A stretch of DNA of 64,000 nucleotides from Escherichia phage Gostya9, in the sequence record NC_047979.1; one strand, written 5' to 3'. Both the position numbers and the translations under genes were made by a program. Below, piece by piece: positions 9,972-18,867 of the stretch. Positions within the stretch are counted from its first letter, which is position 1. Each line of letters opens with the position of its first letter. The notes under the pieces are model-generated. The model was not told the origin of the DNA. It did no database searches and was given only the letters and a program-made list of their open reading frames with translations.

Positions 9972-10352
9972 ATGGCTTTAAAACCGTATATAGTGGAGTC
10001 TACGTGTGGTGGTTTCCACCTGGGTGTGGATGATATTGCTGAGGCTGTCTTTGCTGCCACAGGTGATTACTCTCATATAGAGGGTGCTGGATACCCCACC
10101 GTTATTGGTGATTGGGTGGAAACAAATCTAGATGTATCGCCTTATAACCCGTATTGCTTGTTTGATGAAGACAGAGATGAAGTAAAATGTAATCTTGAAT
10201 TTGTGTATAATAGAGTGTTAAAAGTATACCAACGTAGTCCCGAGGGATACGAAGATATTACTTGGAGTATTAAACAGTATCTTAAAGATGTATACTCTAG
10301 TTTTTCTGACGAAGGCCTAGAAACAGTTGCAGTGGAGTTTAATAATGACTAA
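9972..10352 (+). CDS. Hypothetical early protein (126 aa)
   Basis: ATG with strong gaggagg RBS immediately downstream of the promoter. Confidence 0.6.
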   Translation: MALKPYIVESTCGGFHLGVDDIAEAVFAATGDYSHIEGAGYPTVIGDWVETNLDVSPYNPYCLFDEDRDEVKCNLEFVYNRVLKVYQRSPEGYEDITWSIKQYLKDVYSSFSDEGLETVAVEFNND

Positions 10353-10578
10353 GAATGTGAAACACCTTAAATATCGTTTAATCTATAACGGACGTATGGA
10401 AACTGAAGAGCTAGCTCAATTAGCTATTAACTCTAATGAGGTTATGGTGCGTGCGCTAGCAATTGAAAAGTTGCGGGCTTCTTATGAAAGTCGTATTATG
10501 GAACTAGAGGAGAAACTTTATGGACTTCTCGAAGCCGAAGCTAGAAGCAATTCAGAGGACAGGCCTACTAAGCAATAG
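10345..10578 (+). CDS. Hypothetical early protein (about 77 aa)
   Basis: ATG at 10345 with a ggag RBS, overlapping the upstream stop; the track start at 10327 lacks an RBS. Confidence 0.4.
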   Translation: MTKNVKHLKYRLIYNGRMETEELAQLAINSNEVMVRALAIEKLRASYESRIMELEEKLYGLLEAEARSNSEDRPTKQ

Positions 10579-10646
10579 AAGGTATGTATATAGGGAGTAA
10601 TTTTACCTCAAAACATTATTGAAGGATTTAAGAGAGGGATTGTACA

Positions 10647-11474
10647 GTGCGTAGATTAATTATTATTAGCGGTGCAGGTTTGAGTGTTGAAAGTGGTGTA
10701 CGAGCCTTCCGTACTGATACTGCTAGTGGTAAAGCATTGTGGGATGATTATGATCTAGAAGAAGTATGTAATATTCATGCCTTTCGTGGTAATTTTTATC
10801 ATAAAACTCATATGTTTTACAACAAGCGTCGTGAAGAGTTAGAAACTGTTGAACCCAATCTTGCACACTTGCGTATTGGTGAATGGCATAAGAAATACCA
10901 GGGTCAAGTAGTAAACTTGACTACCAACGTTGATGACCTTATTGAGCGTGCTGGCGTTCCACATAGTGACATTCTGCACATTCATGGGTATTTAAAAGAG
11001 GTTGTTGTAGCTGATAGCTACAATAGTAGCAATAAACGAGTTATTGATGTTGGGTATAGCTCTATTGACCCAGAGGATTATAAATGGGTTAAACCTAATG
11101 TAGTCTTCTTTGGTGAGCATGCTCCAGCGTACGCAGAAATGTACAATATTTTTGATGGTATTACCAGTCAAGATATGATTATTGTGGTTGGTTGCTCTAA
11201 CCAAGTAATTAACTTCTACTGGGAATTATTCCCTGTTCTTAACCGTACTGCTGCGAAACTTATGGTGGTTAACTACTACGATATTACCCTCGCGGCAGAA
11301 CCAGGCTATCAAGGTATGACTCGTAGTGAGATGTACCAACTGGAAGAACGGGGTATTCCTTACTGGGGTAAAGGTGCGGTAGATGCTTTCAGTGACCCTG
11401 ATTTTATTGCTCGTGTGGAAGCCCATTTAGAGGGTAGACCTTATATGCCGGGGAACAAATATGTCCATAGTTAA
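10647..11474 (+). CDS. Sirtuin (SIR2)-family NAD-dependent protein, no zinc ribbon
   Basis: GAGLSVESGVRAFR (sirtuin GAGIS..SGIP.FR), TTNVDDLIERAGVP..ILHIHG (catalytic His block) and VVFFGE; no CxxC...CxxC zinc module. GTG start with gagaggg RBS. Confidence 0.75.
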   Translation: MRRLIIISGAGLSVESGVRAFRTDTASGKALWDDYDLEEVCNIHAFRGNFYHKTHMFYNKRREELETVEPNLAHLRIGEWHKKYQGQVVNLTTNVDDLIERAGVPHSDILHIHGYLKEVVVADSYNSSNKRVIDVGYSSIDPEDYKWVKPNVVFFGEHAPAYAEMYNIFDGITSQDMIIVVGCSNQVINFYWELFPVLNRTAAKLMVVNYYDITLAAEPGYQGMTRSEMYQLEERGIPYWGKGAVDAFSDPDFIARVEAHLEGRPYMPGNKYVHS

Positions 11475-11643
11475 ATCTGTATGTACACATCCCGATGATA
11501 TATTTGTATGGGCGGATGGTAGTTGGTGTTATCGATGTGAGCTATGGGAAATGGACTATAAATCCGATGACTATGGTGTCATATATGTTGATACGGTTGA
11601 GTATGATACGTTCTTAGAAAGGAACAAAAATGGAAATAAGTAA
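11461..11643 (+). CDS. Hypothetical small Cys-rich protein (60 aa)
   Basis: ORF overlapping the upstream stop; Cys/His/Trp-rich (C..H.....W..C..C). Confidence 0.35.
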   Translation: MSIVKSVCTHPDDIFVWADGSWCYRCELWEMDYKSDDYGVIYVDTVEYDTFLERNKNGNK

Positions 11644-12016
11644 TACTCCAATTATTTTTCTAGACATTGATGGGGTGCTTAATTCGAGCATCTCCCATCA
11701 CCATGCACCTGATGATGAAAAGGTTTTCTTTGGAAGTGACTGGGTTTTTAAACCGCTTCTCAAGGTTTTTCAGGACTTTATTCGTCCTTCTCCAATAATG
11801 ATTGTTGGGGTATCCTCATGGTTCTCTGTCAGGAATGAGATGGAGAACGTTCAGATTATGACCGGATTAGGTCTTATCGATCGTTTTCTTGGTATAACGG
11901 GTTTTACTGGTGGTGGGCTATCTAGAGGTAATTCTGTTCTTCACTTCGTTGAAAAGCATAAGCTCAAACATTGGTGCTATGATGTATCAGTATCCAACGG
12001 TTATAGTCAACGGTAG
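11630..12016 (+). CDS. HAD-superfamily hydrolase-like protein (possible nucleotidase), possibly frameshifted
   Basis: N-terminal IIFLDIDGVLNS matches HAD motif I (DxDGV/T); aaaggaac RBS. Only 128 aa, with a second ORF (11910-12116) continuing in another frame. Confidence 0.4.
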   Translation: MEISNTPIIFLDIDGVLNSSISHHHAPDDEKVFFGSDWVFKPLLKVFQDFIRPSPIMIVGVSSWFSVRNEMENVQIMTGLGLIDRFLGITGFTGGGLSRGNSVLHFVEKHKLKHWCYDVSVSNGYSQR

Positions 12017-12118
12017 AACTGGAATAAATCTTCAAGATTTAAGAGCTGTTAGCTATATGCTAGAATTTAGTCCAGATCTTGAAATGTGTAAAGCTCTACA
12101 ACAATTTAAGGTGTAAAT

Positions 12119-12547
12119 ATGTTCAATAATGTATTCTCTAAAGAAGCTAACCCAATATTGGTTAATTTTTGGCGTACTCTTCCAGCCAACCTGTACAATG
12201 AGGCTATTAATGCTCTGAAAATATGGTGTGAGAATAATGAAATCTCCTTTGCTTTTAAGGATGAGATTGAAGAAGCTCCCTGTATTGGTTTAATTGTGCA
12301 GGTAGAGGATGGCTTTGAAGAGATTGTCGGCTGGAAAGAGTTGGATGAAATGGGATTGGTTTTTGCATTAAACTATAAGCTGTTTATGCCTAATAAACAC
12401 CGTATTGTTGTTAATTATAAAACCAGTGAATCTCCTGGTTTTCAAGTTAATGAACATTACGGTTGGTCTTACTCACCGGAAGAAGTAAATGATGGTATCC
12501 AAAGACTTCGTCGTTTTGGTTATCAAATTCCGGGTTTAACTGCCTAA
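12119..12547 (+). CDS. Hypothetical protein, paralog A of a tandem pair
   Basis: Shares with the next ORF PC(I/V)G...(W)xEL..MGL(V/I)xAL(N/D)..LF.P and a C-terminal G(Y/I)(Q/Y)(I/V)PGL block. Confidence 0.55.
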   Translation: MFNNVFSKEANPILVNFWRTLPANLYNEAINALKIWCENNEISFAFKDEIEEAPCIGLIVQVEDGFEEIVGWKELDEMGLVFALNYKLFMPNKHRIVVNYKTSESPGFQVNEHYGWSYSPEEVNDGIQRLRRFGYQIPGLTA

Positions 12548-12556
12548 GGGGGCACA

Positions 12557-12949
12557 ATGGAACAAGTATATTGGCGTCAGATTGATCCTAGTTTGGTGAA
12601 GAGTGCGGAGAAGCTGCTACAACGTTGGTTGGGGGTAAGACAAGCCTCCTTCACTTTTCCGGAGCAGCAAATAGACGATCCCTGTGTTGGTGTTTTCCTA
12701 TCAGGCTACGCTAGGGAAGTGGAATTGGATTGGAATGAATTGTCTGCTATGGGTTTAATTGTTGCACTAGATTTCTCTTTGTTCCATCCAAGTGGTTTGG
12801 CAATATGTCGTGTGCCTGATGACGGTTGTTCGCCCCATCTTTTACAGGTGGAAGATAATATTTGGGAGTACCCTCCAGATATTCTCAAAGAAGCTAAAGA
12901 ACAATTAAATCGTGTTGGGATTTATGTTCCAGGCCTGAATGATGAATGA
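12557..12949 (+). CDS. Hypothetical protein, paralog B of a tandem pair
   Basis: See paralog A; gggggc RBS before the ATG. Confidence 0.55.
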   Translation: MEQVYWRQIDPSLVKSAEKLLQRWLGVRQASFTFPEQQIDDPCVGVFLSGYAREVELDWNELSAMGLIVALDFSLFHPSGLAICRVPDDGCSPHLLQVEDNIWEYPPDILKEAKEQLNRVGIYVPGLNDE

Positions 12950-12972
12950 TTTTTATTAGCTGAACTCTGATT

Positions 12973-13000
12973 ACCGAGTCATTTTGGCTCGGTTTTCTCT
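12973..13000 (+). terminator. Rho-independent terminator
   Basis: accgag / ctcggt stem followed by tttctct. Confidence 0.45.
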
Positions 13001-13040
13001 ATGCTCAAAGACACTGGTAGCAGCATCCGGAAAATTTTAC

Positions 13041-13069
13041 TTGCATGATGCCCAAAATCTTGATATAAT
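13041..13069 (+). promoter_or_regulatory. Early promoter TTGCAT-17-TGaTATAAT with no ORF behind it for about 600 nt
   Basis: aaaattttacTTGCATgatgcccaaaatctTGATATAATatttatattgaattgagagac; downstream 13070-13666 has no ORF of 60 aa or more on either strand. Confidence 0.5.
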
Positions 13070-13666
13070 ATTTATATTGAATTGAGAGACATTAGTAAAA
13101 ATTGATTTTGCTAATTTTTCTTAGTGAAGCTGACAAGGGATTTACGGCGAGAGGAATCGATGACCCGTAAATAGCTGCATAAGGTACGTTGCTAGAGCTT
13201 TACGAAAAAGTTTTTTCTTGTTTACAATCCGCGATACGGAACAGTTAGGCTGCCCCATTAAGGGTTGTTTTAACTGTTACGTGTTAGTTTTTAAACAACT
13301 AATTAATAGAATACTTAGCGATCTGCGTCCCATAGGAACCCTGGTAAGGCCTCGAAGCAACCTAGTATGAGGTGGTTGTGAAGTGAGATGGGAGGAGTGA
13401 AAAACTACCGAGACGTGATTCTGTAAGTTATATTGCATCTAGTATGAGCTAGTATATGAAGCATTAGGTGAGCAAATCTGGCTTAGCGGCCATCCTCAAG
13501 GATTTGTGCGGTATAATGAGGCAGCAGCGCAGCGTGAAAGTGGAAGTTGCCACCCCACTTCAGTATTTGCAATTAATTTGTTGAGAAATTGACAGTAACA
13601 GTTGTTCTATTCTTTCTGAATAGTCCTAAAGAAAACTTATTTCATTTCCAACACAGGAGTATTGTT

Positions 13667-16456
13667 GTGTTTTCAATCCTACAAGGTCATGCAGGATTTC
13701 ATCGCGATTTAGCCACGGGCAATTGGCGAGAAGTTAAAGCAGAAGATTATCTTTTTGCTAAAAGATTTTCCTCAAAGCATCCTGAAGGTAAACCAGCTTC
13801 AATGCCCTTCAAGTTTGATGTAATTGACGAAGTTGATCCTCAAACCCTAGTAGAAATGCTCCCTCTTATGAGACGTTTAACGTCTGACCCTCATATCGTT
13901 GCGGTACGAGGTCGATGTCTTGCACCTAAAAATAATGTGCGGCGTAAGAAGGGCAACTTTAATGTATCTAATCCTAGTAATATTATTGCTATGGACGTGG
14001 ATGGTATTGTAGATACAGGTGGTTGTAACAAGTTTGATCTTGTTGGCATGGCTCGACATATTATTAGGATGTTAAATAGTATTAGTGAGGATATGTTTCC
14101 TCTTGATGCAGGGTTTATTGCTCATGCATCGTCTTCGGCTGGGCTAAAACCAGGTATCCGAATGCACTTAATACTAGAATCTAATGTTAAAGTAACTCAG
14201 GGTCAAATCAAGTTCTTATTTACATCTATCAACGAAAGTAGTAGACAAAAGTATGGCTTTGATATTGCCGACTTAGCTTATTACTCTTCCGTACAGCTCC
14301 ATTATTTTGCAGATCCTCTATTTATTGATGGTATAGTTGATCCGTTTAAAGCGGAGGGTGCTTCACGTCTGGTATTTGTTAAGGGTTCTAAAGTAAATTT
14401 ACCTAATAATCTAGTTGACTATGAAACAACTAGAGGAGAGTTTAAAGAGGAATTCTACTCTTTACTCGATCAAATTAAAGGTAAAAAAGCTGCCTCTGAT
14501 AAAGTAGAGGAAACTATCAGTGAGCTAGAAGAGGCTGATGATGGGGTATACTTACGTATTATTCCAAAGCTATATCACCGAGCGTTAGAGGATGGGGTAG
14601 ATTTTGGTTGGCTAGAAAAAGAAATCCGCCCAGCTTTATCAGAATATATTGCAACTAAAGATAATAGCCGTAATATTCAAGACTACTTTAACAACGGTCG
14701 AAAACAGGCTCTGAAAGCATTTGTTAATAATTCTAAACGTGATATACCCGATGTTTTAAAAGGTATTCCGCTTAAAAAGCTAGAAACTAATTCACTAGAG
14801 ACCGACAACTTCTTGAAATTAAATACTGTACCACCAGAAGGCTATATGACTTTTGTAAAAGCAAGTCTAGGTACAGGTAAAACCACGGCGGTTGTGCGTT
14901 GGCTGGATTCAGGAGTTATTAAAGGTAATTTCTTAGCAGTTACCAACACTAGAGCACTGGTATCTTCAAATGCTAAGAAATTTAGTGCAGGACAATACGA
15001 TAAGTCTGTAGATATGCTTAATTTTAAGCGTGGTGCTATTGACCGTATGTCCACAACCATTCACTCTTTGCATAAGTTTAAGAGTTTTATTGGTCAAATT
15101 GATGCAATCTTTATAGATGAATGTGATGCAGTAATGAATGACCTATTATTCGCCCCGGTTGTTAAGCAACGTCGTGAGTGTATTCAGGTTCTTCGTGATA
15201 TTCTTGCAACTGCAAAAATCATTATACTATCCGATGGTGATATTAGTGCCGAGACGATTGAAGCATATGGTTCTTTGATTGAGTTCGATAAACCAGTTGC
15301 ATTCTATAATCATCACCGTAAGATGCTGTCAAAAGCTCATGCTTATGAGTTCCCTGATGAGTCCAGTATTTGGGTTGCACTTCAGACTTCTCTAGAGATG
15401 GGTGAGAAATCTATTCTAGTATCTGATTGTGGCCCTGATGAGCTGAATGAGAAGGGTATGGCACTACGTCGTAATACTGGTGCATTAGTTAAAGAAATCC
15501 ATTCAAACTCCACTTCAGATGTGGATATTCGACGTATTCTGGATTATACAACTAATGAGCTAATTGATCAACAAATTGATTGCTTATTATGTAGTCCATC
15601 CGTAACGAGTGGTGTTGACTTTAACTATTTCGATAATGTATTTGTTATTACTAGAACCAGTAATCAGGCGCCAAACATGCGTTTTCAAGCAATCAGGCGC
15701 GACCGTGGTGCTCAGAATATCTATTATTTTATTGATAAATCCACTAGTGGATTCTCTGCGGGTTCTGAACAATATAATATCGATGAAGGTTGGCTGGAGT
15801 TAGCACAGCAATTATATGCACGTCGCAGGGAGCTGGAGTCTAGGAACTATACTAGTACTTTACGTTATTACTTGCTTGATCAGGGTGCAACTATTGATAT
15901 TTTCAGTGAAAGCTGGGGAACTATTGAAGGTGCTGGTAAAGAATACACAGAAGAGCGAATCAAAGCTATTCTACATTCAACTCCTGATTATTGTGCTCCA
16001 CGTCATGCGGATGCGTATGAGGCTAAACTACTTATTGTTCGCTATTATCATCTTGAGTCTATTAAAGATGTAACAGTTGAGCATGTTGAACAATATATCA
16101 AAGATAAGCCGAATGATCGAGCTGCATTCTTCCATAAGATGCACGAGATGTTCTGGGAAGATATTAAGAAGTGTTCAAATGTGACCATTAAACCATTCAT
16201 AGAAGCTCTGAAAGGTAAGAAGAAAGATTTCTTCCTTAAAACAGGTCAGAGTGCTAACCCAAAATATGCTAGAATGTATCTTGGTATGATGGGTATTGGT
16301 AAAGATATGAACACGGAGAATATCGTAGACTGGTATAGAACCTACTGCAAAATCGAATGTATGCCAATTCCTTTCAAATTCATGACAGAAGAAGAGAAAG
16401 CTATGGCAGAAGAAGCAATGTCAGAGCTAGGTGCTAGAAATGACAGTGAAGAATAA
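13667..16456 (+). CDS. Large replication ATPase, origin-binding-helicase-like
   Basis: Walker A KASLGTGKTTAVV and Walker B IFIDECDAV in the middle of a roughly 930-aa protein. Start placed at GTG 13667 (aggag RBS 7 nt upstream); the track begins at TTG 13589, so the start is uncertain. Confidence 0.6.
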   Translation: MFSILQGHAGFHRDLATGNWREVKAEDYLFAKRFSSKHPEGKPASMPFKFDVIDEVDPQTLVEMLPLMRRLTSDPHIVAVRGRCLAPKNNVRRKKGNFNVSNPSNIIAMDVDGIVDTGGCNKFDLVGMARHIIRMLNSISEDMFPLDAGFIAHASSSAGLKPGIRMHLILESNVKVTQGQIKFLFTSINESSRQKYGFDIADLAYYSSVQLHYFADPLFIDGIVDPFKAEGASRLVFVKGSKVNLPNNLVDYETTRGEFKEEFYSLLDQIKGKKAASDKVEETISELEEADDGVYLRIIPKLYHRALEDGVDFGWLEKEIRPALSEYIATKDNSRNIQDYFNNGRKQALKAFVNNSKRDIPDVLKGIPLKKLETNSLETDNFLKLNTVPPEGYMTFVKASLGTGKTTAVVRWLDSGVIKGNFLAVTNTRALVSSNAKKFSAGQYDKSVDMLNFKRGAIDRMSTTIHSLHKFKSFIGQIDAIFIDECDAVMNDLLFAPVVKQRRECIQVLRDILATAKIIILSDGDISAETIEAYGSLIEFDKPVAFYNHHRKMLSKAHAYEFPDESSIWVALQTSLEMGEKSILVSDCGPDELNEKGMALRRNTGALVKEIHSNSTSDVDIRRILDYTTNELIDQQIDCLLCSPSVTSGVDFNYFDNVFVITRTSNQAPNMRFQAIRRDRGAQNIYYFIDKSTSGFSAGSEQYNIDEGWLELAQQLYARRRELESRNYTSTLRYYLLDQGATIDIFSESWGTIEGAGKEYTEERIKAILHSTPDYCAPRHADAYEAKLLIVRYYHLESIKDVTVEHVEQYIKDKPNDRAAFFHKMHEMFWEDIKKCSNVTIKPFIEALKGKKKDFFLKTGQSANPKYARMYLGMMGIGKDMNTENIVDWYRTYCKIECMPIPFKFMTEEEKAMAEEAMSELGARNDSEE

Positions 16457-16673
16457 AAAATGGGAAACAAGGAAGTTTCCAGTAAAAGAACGTAAAGTTC
16501 CCATTTATGATACTTCGGAGAAGCTATGTAGGGTGGTACCGCACAGATTAGCTGGCATCCCTAACATATCCGAGTGGCTACTTAAACAACGGAGGACTAG
16601 CGTATCCCTTCGCATAGGGTTTGAGTTAGATAAAGTATATGCTGAACTTTCTTCTTTGCTCAAAGAATCATAA
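16431..16673 (+). CDS. Hypothetical small protein (80 aa)
   Basis: ORF overlapping the 3' end of the upstream gene; no clear RBS. Confidence 0.25.
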   Translation: MLEMTVKNKKWETRKFPVKERKVPIYDTSEKLCRVVPHRLAGIPNISEWLLKQRRTSVSLRIGFELDKVYAELSSLLKES

Positions 16674-16682
16674 AAAATTTAT

Positions 16683-16711
16683 TTGCATAGTTCAAAAAAT
16701 TTCTGTATAAT
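16683..16711 (+). promoter_or_regulatory. Strong early promoter, T5 PN25-like
   Basis: tcataaaaaatttaTTTGCATagttcaaaaaatttcTGTATAATagattcataaatttgagagaggagtt; from TTTCTGTATAAT onward this matches the T5 PN25 promoter as I recall it. Confidence 0.65.
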
Positions 16712-16742
16712 AGATTCATAAATTTGAGAGAGGAGTTTAAAT

Positions 16743-17447
16743 ATGGCTGGTTCTCGCAGAAAGAAACATATCCATGAAATCCCGGATGAAGTCTTTAAAA
16801 AGGTTATAGAGCATCTGGAGAACGGCGGTACTAAGAAAGCAGCATGTGAAATGCTCGGCGTATCATCCAACCCAACTATGGAAAGGATGATAGAAGAGTG
16901 GCAAGATCGCCAAATTCAAGTTGCCGAGATGAAGAAAAAGAAACGTGGTACACTCATTGAAGGCATCGAGTTAGCTAACGTTATTGAACAGTATTTATCT
17001 GGTGATTCTTTTGAAGAGATTGCCGATCGTAATTACCGCTCTGTAGCAATGGTTAAATCTGTTCTGGAACGATATGGTGCTCTACTTCGTTTGAACGATA
17101 TTGTAGATCCATTGAATCCACCAATTATTCCTGACGATGCTGTAGCAGAAGAATTTGAGGTAGGTGAGCTTGTTTGGGTTCCTGGATACCAGTGTATCGG
17201 TGAAATCAAAAAAGCAATGGATAATCCTGTTGGTTGTTACCGTGTATGGCTTCTATCAGAAGGCAAACAACAGAACGTTCATTATATGAATTACGAGCTG
17301 GCTTCTGTTAAACATCTGGAAAAGCTAGGGGTTGACGTAAAATCTCTGGGGTATAAATGGTCTCGGGAAGAAGTTATCACACTGATTAACGAAGCTGTTA
17401 AGGCCGCCCTGAAACTTGATAAAGAAAAAGGAAAACGCCGTGAGTAA
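16743..17447 (+). CDS. Hypothetical early protein with N-terminal HTH-like segment
   Basis: First gene behind the PN25-like promoter; GGTKKAACEMLGVSSNPTMERM resembles a helix-turn-helix. Confidence 0.55.
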   Translation: MAGSRRKKHIHEIPDEVFKKVIEHLENGGTKKAACEMLGVSSNPTMERMIEEWQDRQIQVAEMKKKKRGTLIEGIELANVIEQYLSGDSFEEIADRNYRSVAMVKSVLERYGALLRLNDIVDPLNPPIIPDDAVAEEFEVGELVWVPGYQCIGEIKKAMDNPVGCYRVWLLSEGKQQNVHYMNYELASVKHLEKLGVDVKSLGYKWSREEVITLINEAVKAALKLDKEKGKRRE

Positions 17448-17691
17448 ACTAACTGATTTACTTAAAGATGGGGAAGTAAAAACACTATATCGTAGAAGCT
17501 GGGGTAACGATAATAACGGCTTAGTGTTACTAACTTTAGATGCTGACTCGGATGTAGCTACTCAACATACCTGGGTAGCGGGCAACTATCCATATAGCGA
17601 GGTTGTTTCATTAACAGTATGCGAAGCTGTTGCAGACGATTGGGAGATTGCCAGCATTGATGATATGCTCGCTGTTGGCCTAGTGGAGTAA
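17440..17691 (+). CDS. Hypothetical small protein
   Basis: GTG at 17440 preceded by an aaaggaaaa RBS; the track start at 17416 is TTG. Confidence 0.35.
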   Translation: MSKLTDLLKDGEVKTLYRRSWGNDNNGLVLLTLDADSDVATQHTWVAGNYPYSEVVSLTVCEAVADDWEIASIDDMLAVGLVE

Positions 17692-17708
17692 CTACTTAAA
17701 AATTTCAG

Positions 17709-17737
17709 TTGCTTAATCCTACAATTCTTGATATAAT
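17709..17737 (+). promoter_or_regulatory. Early promoter TTGCTT-17-TGaTATAAT
   Basis: aatttcagTTGCTTaatcctacaattctTGATATAAT. Confidence 0.5.
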
Positions 17738-17794
17738 ATTCTCATAGTTTGAAAGAACTATTCTGTTTAATTCTTAATTAAGGAAATATAAAAT

Positions 17795-18205
17795 ATGACT
17801 ACTCCAACTCAGTGGACTGATGAACTGTTTGAAAAAATGTCTTCCGAATACGTTGCTCGTATGGAGCAATTCCCAGAGGATGAACGTCCGAGTGTTAGCA
17901 TGGAAATTGTTAGTGAAATTGCCCAGGAAAATGGTGTAACTCCGAACGGTTTTCGTATGAAGCTGACTAAAGCAGGTTTGTATATCAAGAAAGCTGCTGG
18001 CTCCGCTTCTAAATCTAGTGCATCTACTGGAGAAAAAGCTTCCGGTGGTTCTCGTACCTCCAAAGCCCAGGCCCATGCGGATCTTCGTTCAGCATTCTCT
18101 GATGCTGGCTTAGCACCAGATTTTCTGGATGATGCAATTATCGACAAACTGACTGGTAAAGCGGCTGCTCATCTGGCTGAAGCAATCCGAGCTATCACTA
18201 AGTAA
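17795..18205 (+). CDS. Hypothetical early protein (136 aa), optimal-codon rich
   Basis: aaggaaatataaaatATG RBS and start; codon usage resembles highly expressed E. coli genes. Confidence 0.6.
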   Translation: MTTPTQWTDELFEKMSSEYVARMEQFPEDERPSVSMEIVSEIAQENGVTPNGFRMKLTKAGLYIKKAAGSASKSSASTGEKASGGSRTSKAQAHADLRSAFSDAGLAPDFLDDAIIDKLTGKAAAHLAEAIRAITK

Positions 18206-18219
18206 TAGGGAGATTATAC

Positions 18220-18507
18220 ATGAATAAACAAGAAATTATCTCCGCATGTGAAGCCCATAATGAGTTCTACCTTCATTATGAGAAACTACGCCAAAAGGGT
18301 ACTACATACCTTCAGGGTACTATGGATTTTTCTGATAAGTACCTAAGTAAACGTTTTGCTCAGGAGCGTATCCGTCAACCAAAAGATGACGAAATTCTAG
18401 TGTTTAGTCGCACTAATGACAGCTTCCGTTTCATTCCTGTTGCGAAAGTTCGTCGCATTACGAGCCTTCAGTCAGAGTTAGATCGTGCTTCTCCAGTAGG
18501 CCGATAA
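18220..18507 (+). CDS. Hypothetical protein (95 aa)
   Basis: gggagattatacATG start, followed by a terminator. Confidence 0.5.
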   Translation: MNKQEIISACEAHNEFYLHYEKLRQKGTTYLQGTMDFSDKYLSKRFAQERIRQPKDDEILVFSRTNDSFRFIPVAKVRRITSLQSELDRASPVGR

Positions 18508-18517
18508 GATAGCAATT

Positions 18518-18541
18518 AAGCCCCTATATGGGGCTTTTTGT
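18518..18541 (+). terminator. Rho-independent terminator
   Basis: agcccc-tatat-ggggct followed by ttttg. Confidence 0.55.
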
Positions 18542-18558
18542 GTATTTGAGAAACGTAA

Positions 18559-18867
18559 ATGAGCGATCAGGTAAACCAAAACTATGAAGGACACGTTGAT
18601 GATCAGTCAATCCTTCTATGGGAAAAAGAAGGGGAACAAATAAGATTGACAGTATCTGAATTTCGTGGGAATCTATACATGGGAATTAGGTATTGGCTCC
18701 AGGATATTACTGGAGAATGGTTTCCAACGAAATCCGGCTTCTCTTTTCCGTACACTCTAGAAACTACTTCGCAGCTATTCTATGCTTTTACGCAAATCCT
18801 TAGTGAATCTGAGGTTCTTGCCGAAGTACAGAAACGAGCTGAAGAACTCAAAGCCAAGAATGCCTAG
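18559..18867 (+). CDS. Hypothetical protein (102 aa)
   Basis: ORF followed by a terminator hairpin. Confidence 0.45.
   Translation: MSDQVNQNYEGHVDDQSILLWEKEGEQIRLTVSEFRGNLYMGIRYWLQDITGEWFPTKSGFSFPYTLETTSQLFYAFTQILSESEVLAEVQKRAEELKAKNA

Noticed and set aside
12950-13600. Possible tRNA genes in the ORF-free region (and in 58795-59297)
   Set aside because: T5-family genomes carry tRNA clusters, so I looked for T-loop (GTTCRANYC) and cloverleaf signatures; none found by eye. A tRNA scanning program would be needed for certainty.
17774-18147. Minus-strand ORFs 17774-18076 and 17809-18147
   Set aside because: Antisense to a plus-strand gene that has a clear RBS and codon bias; no promoter or RBS of their own.
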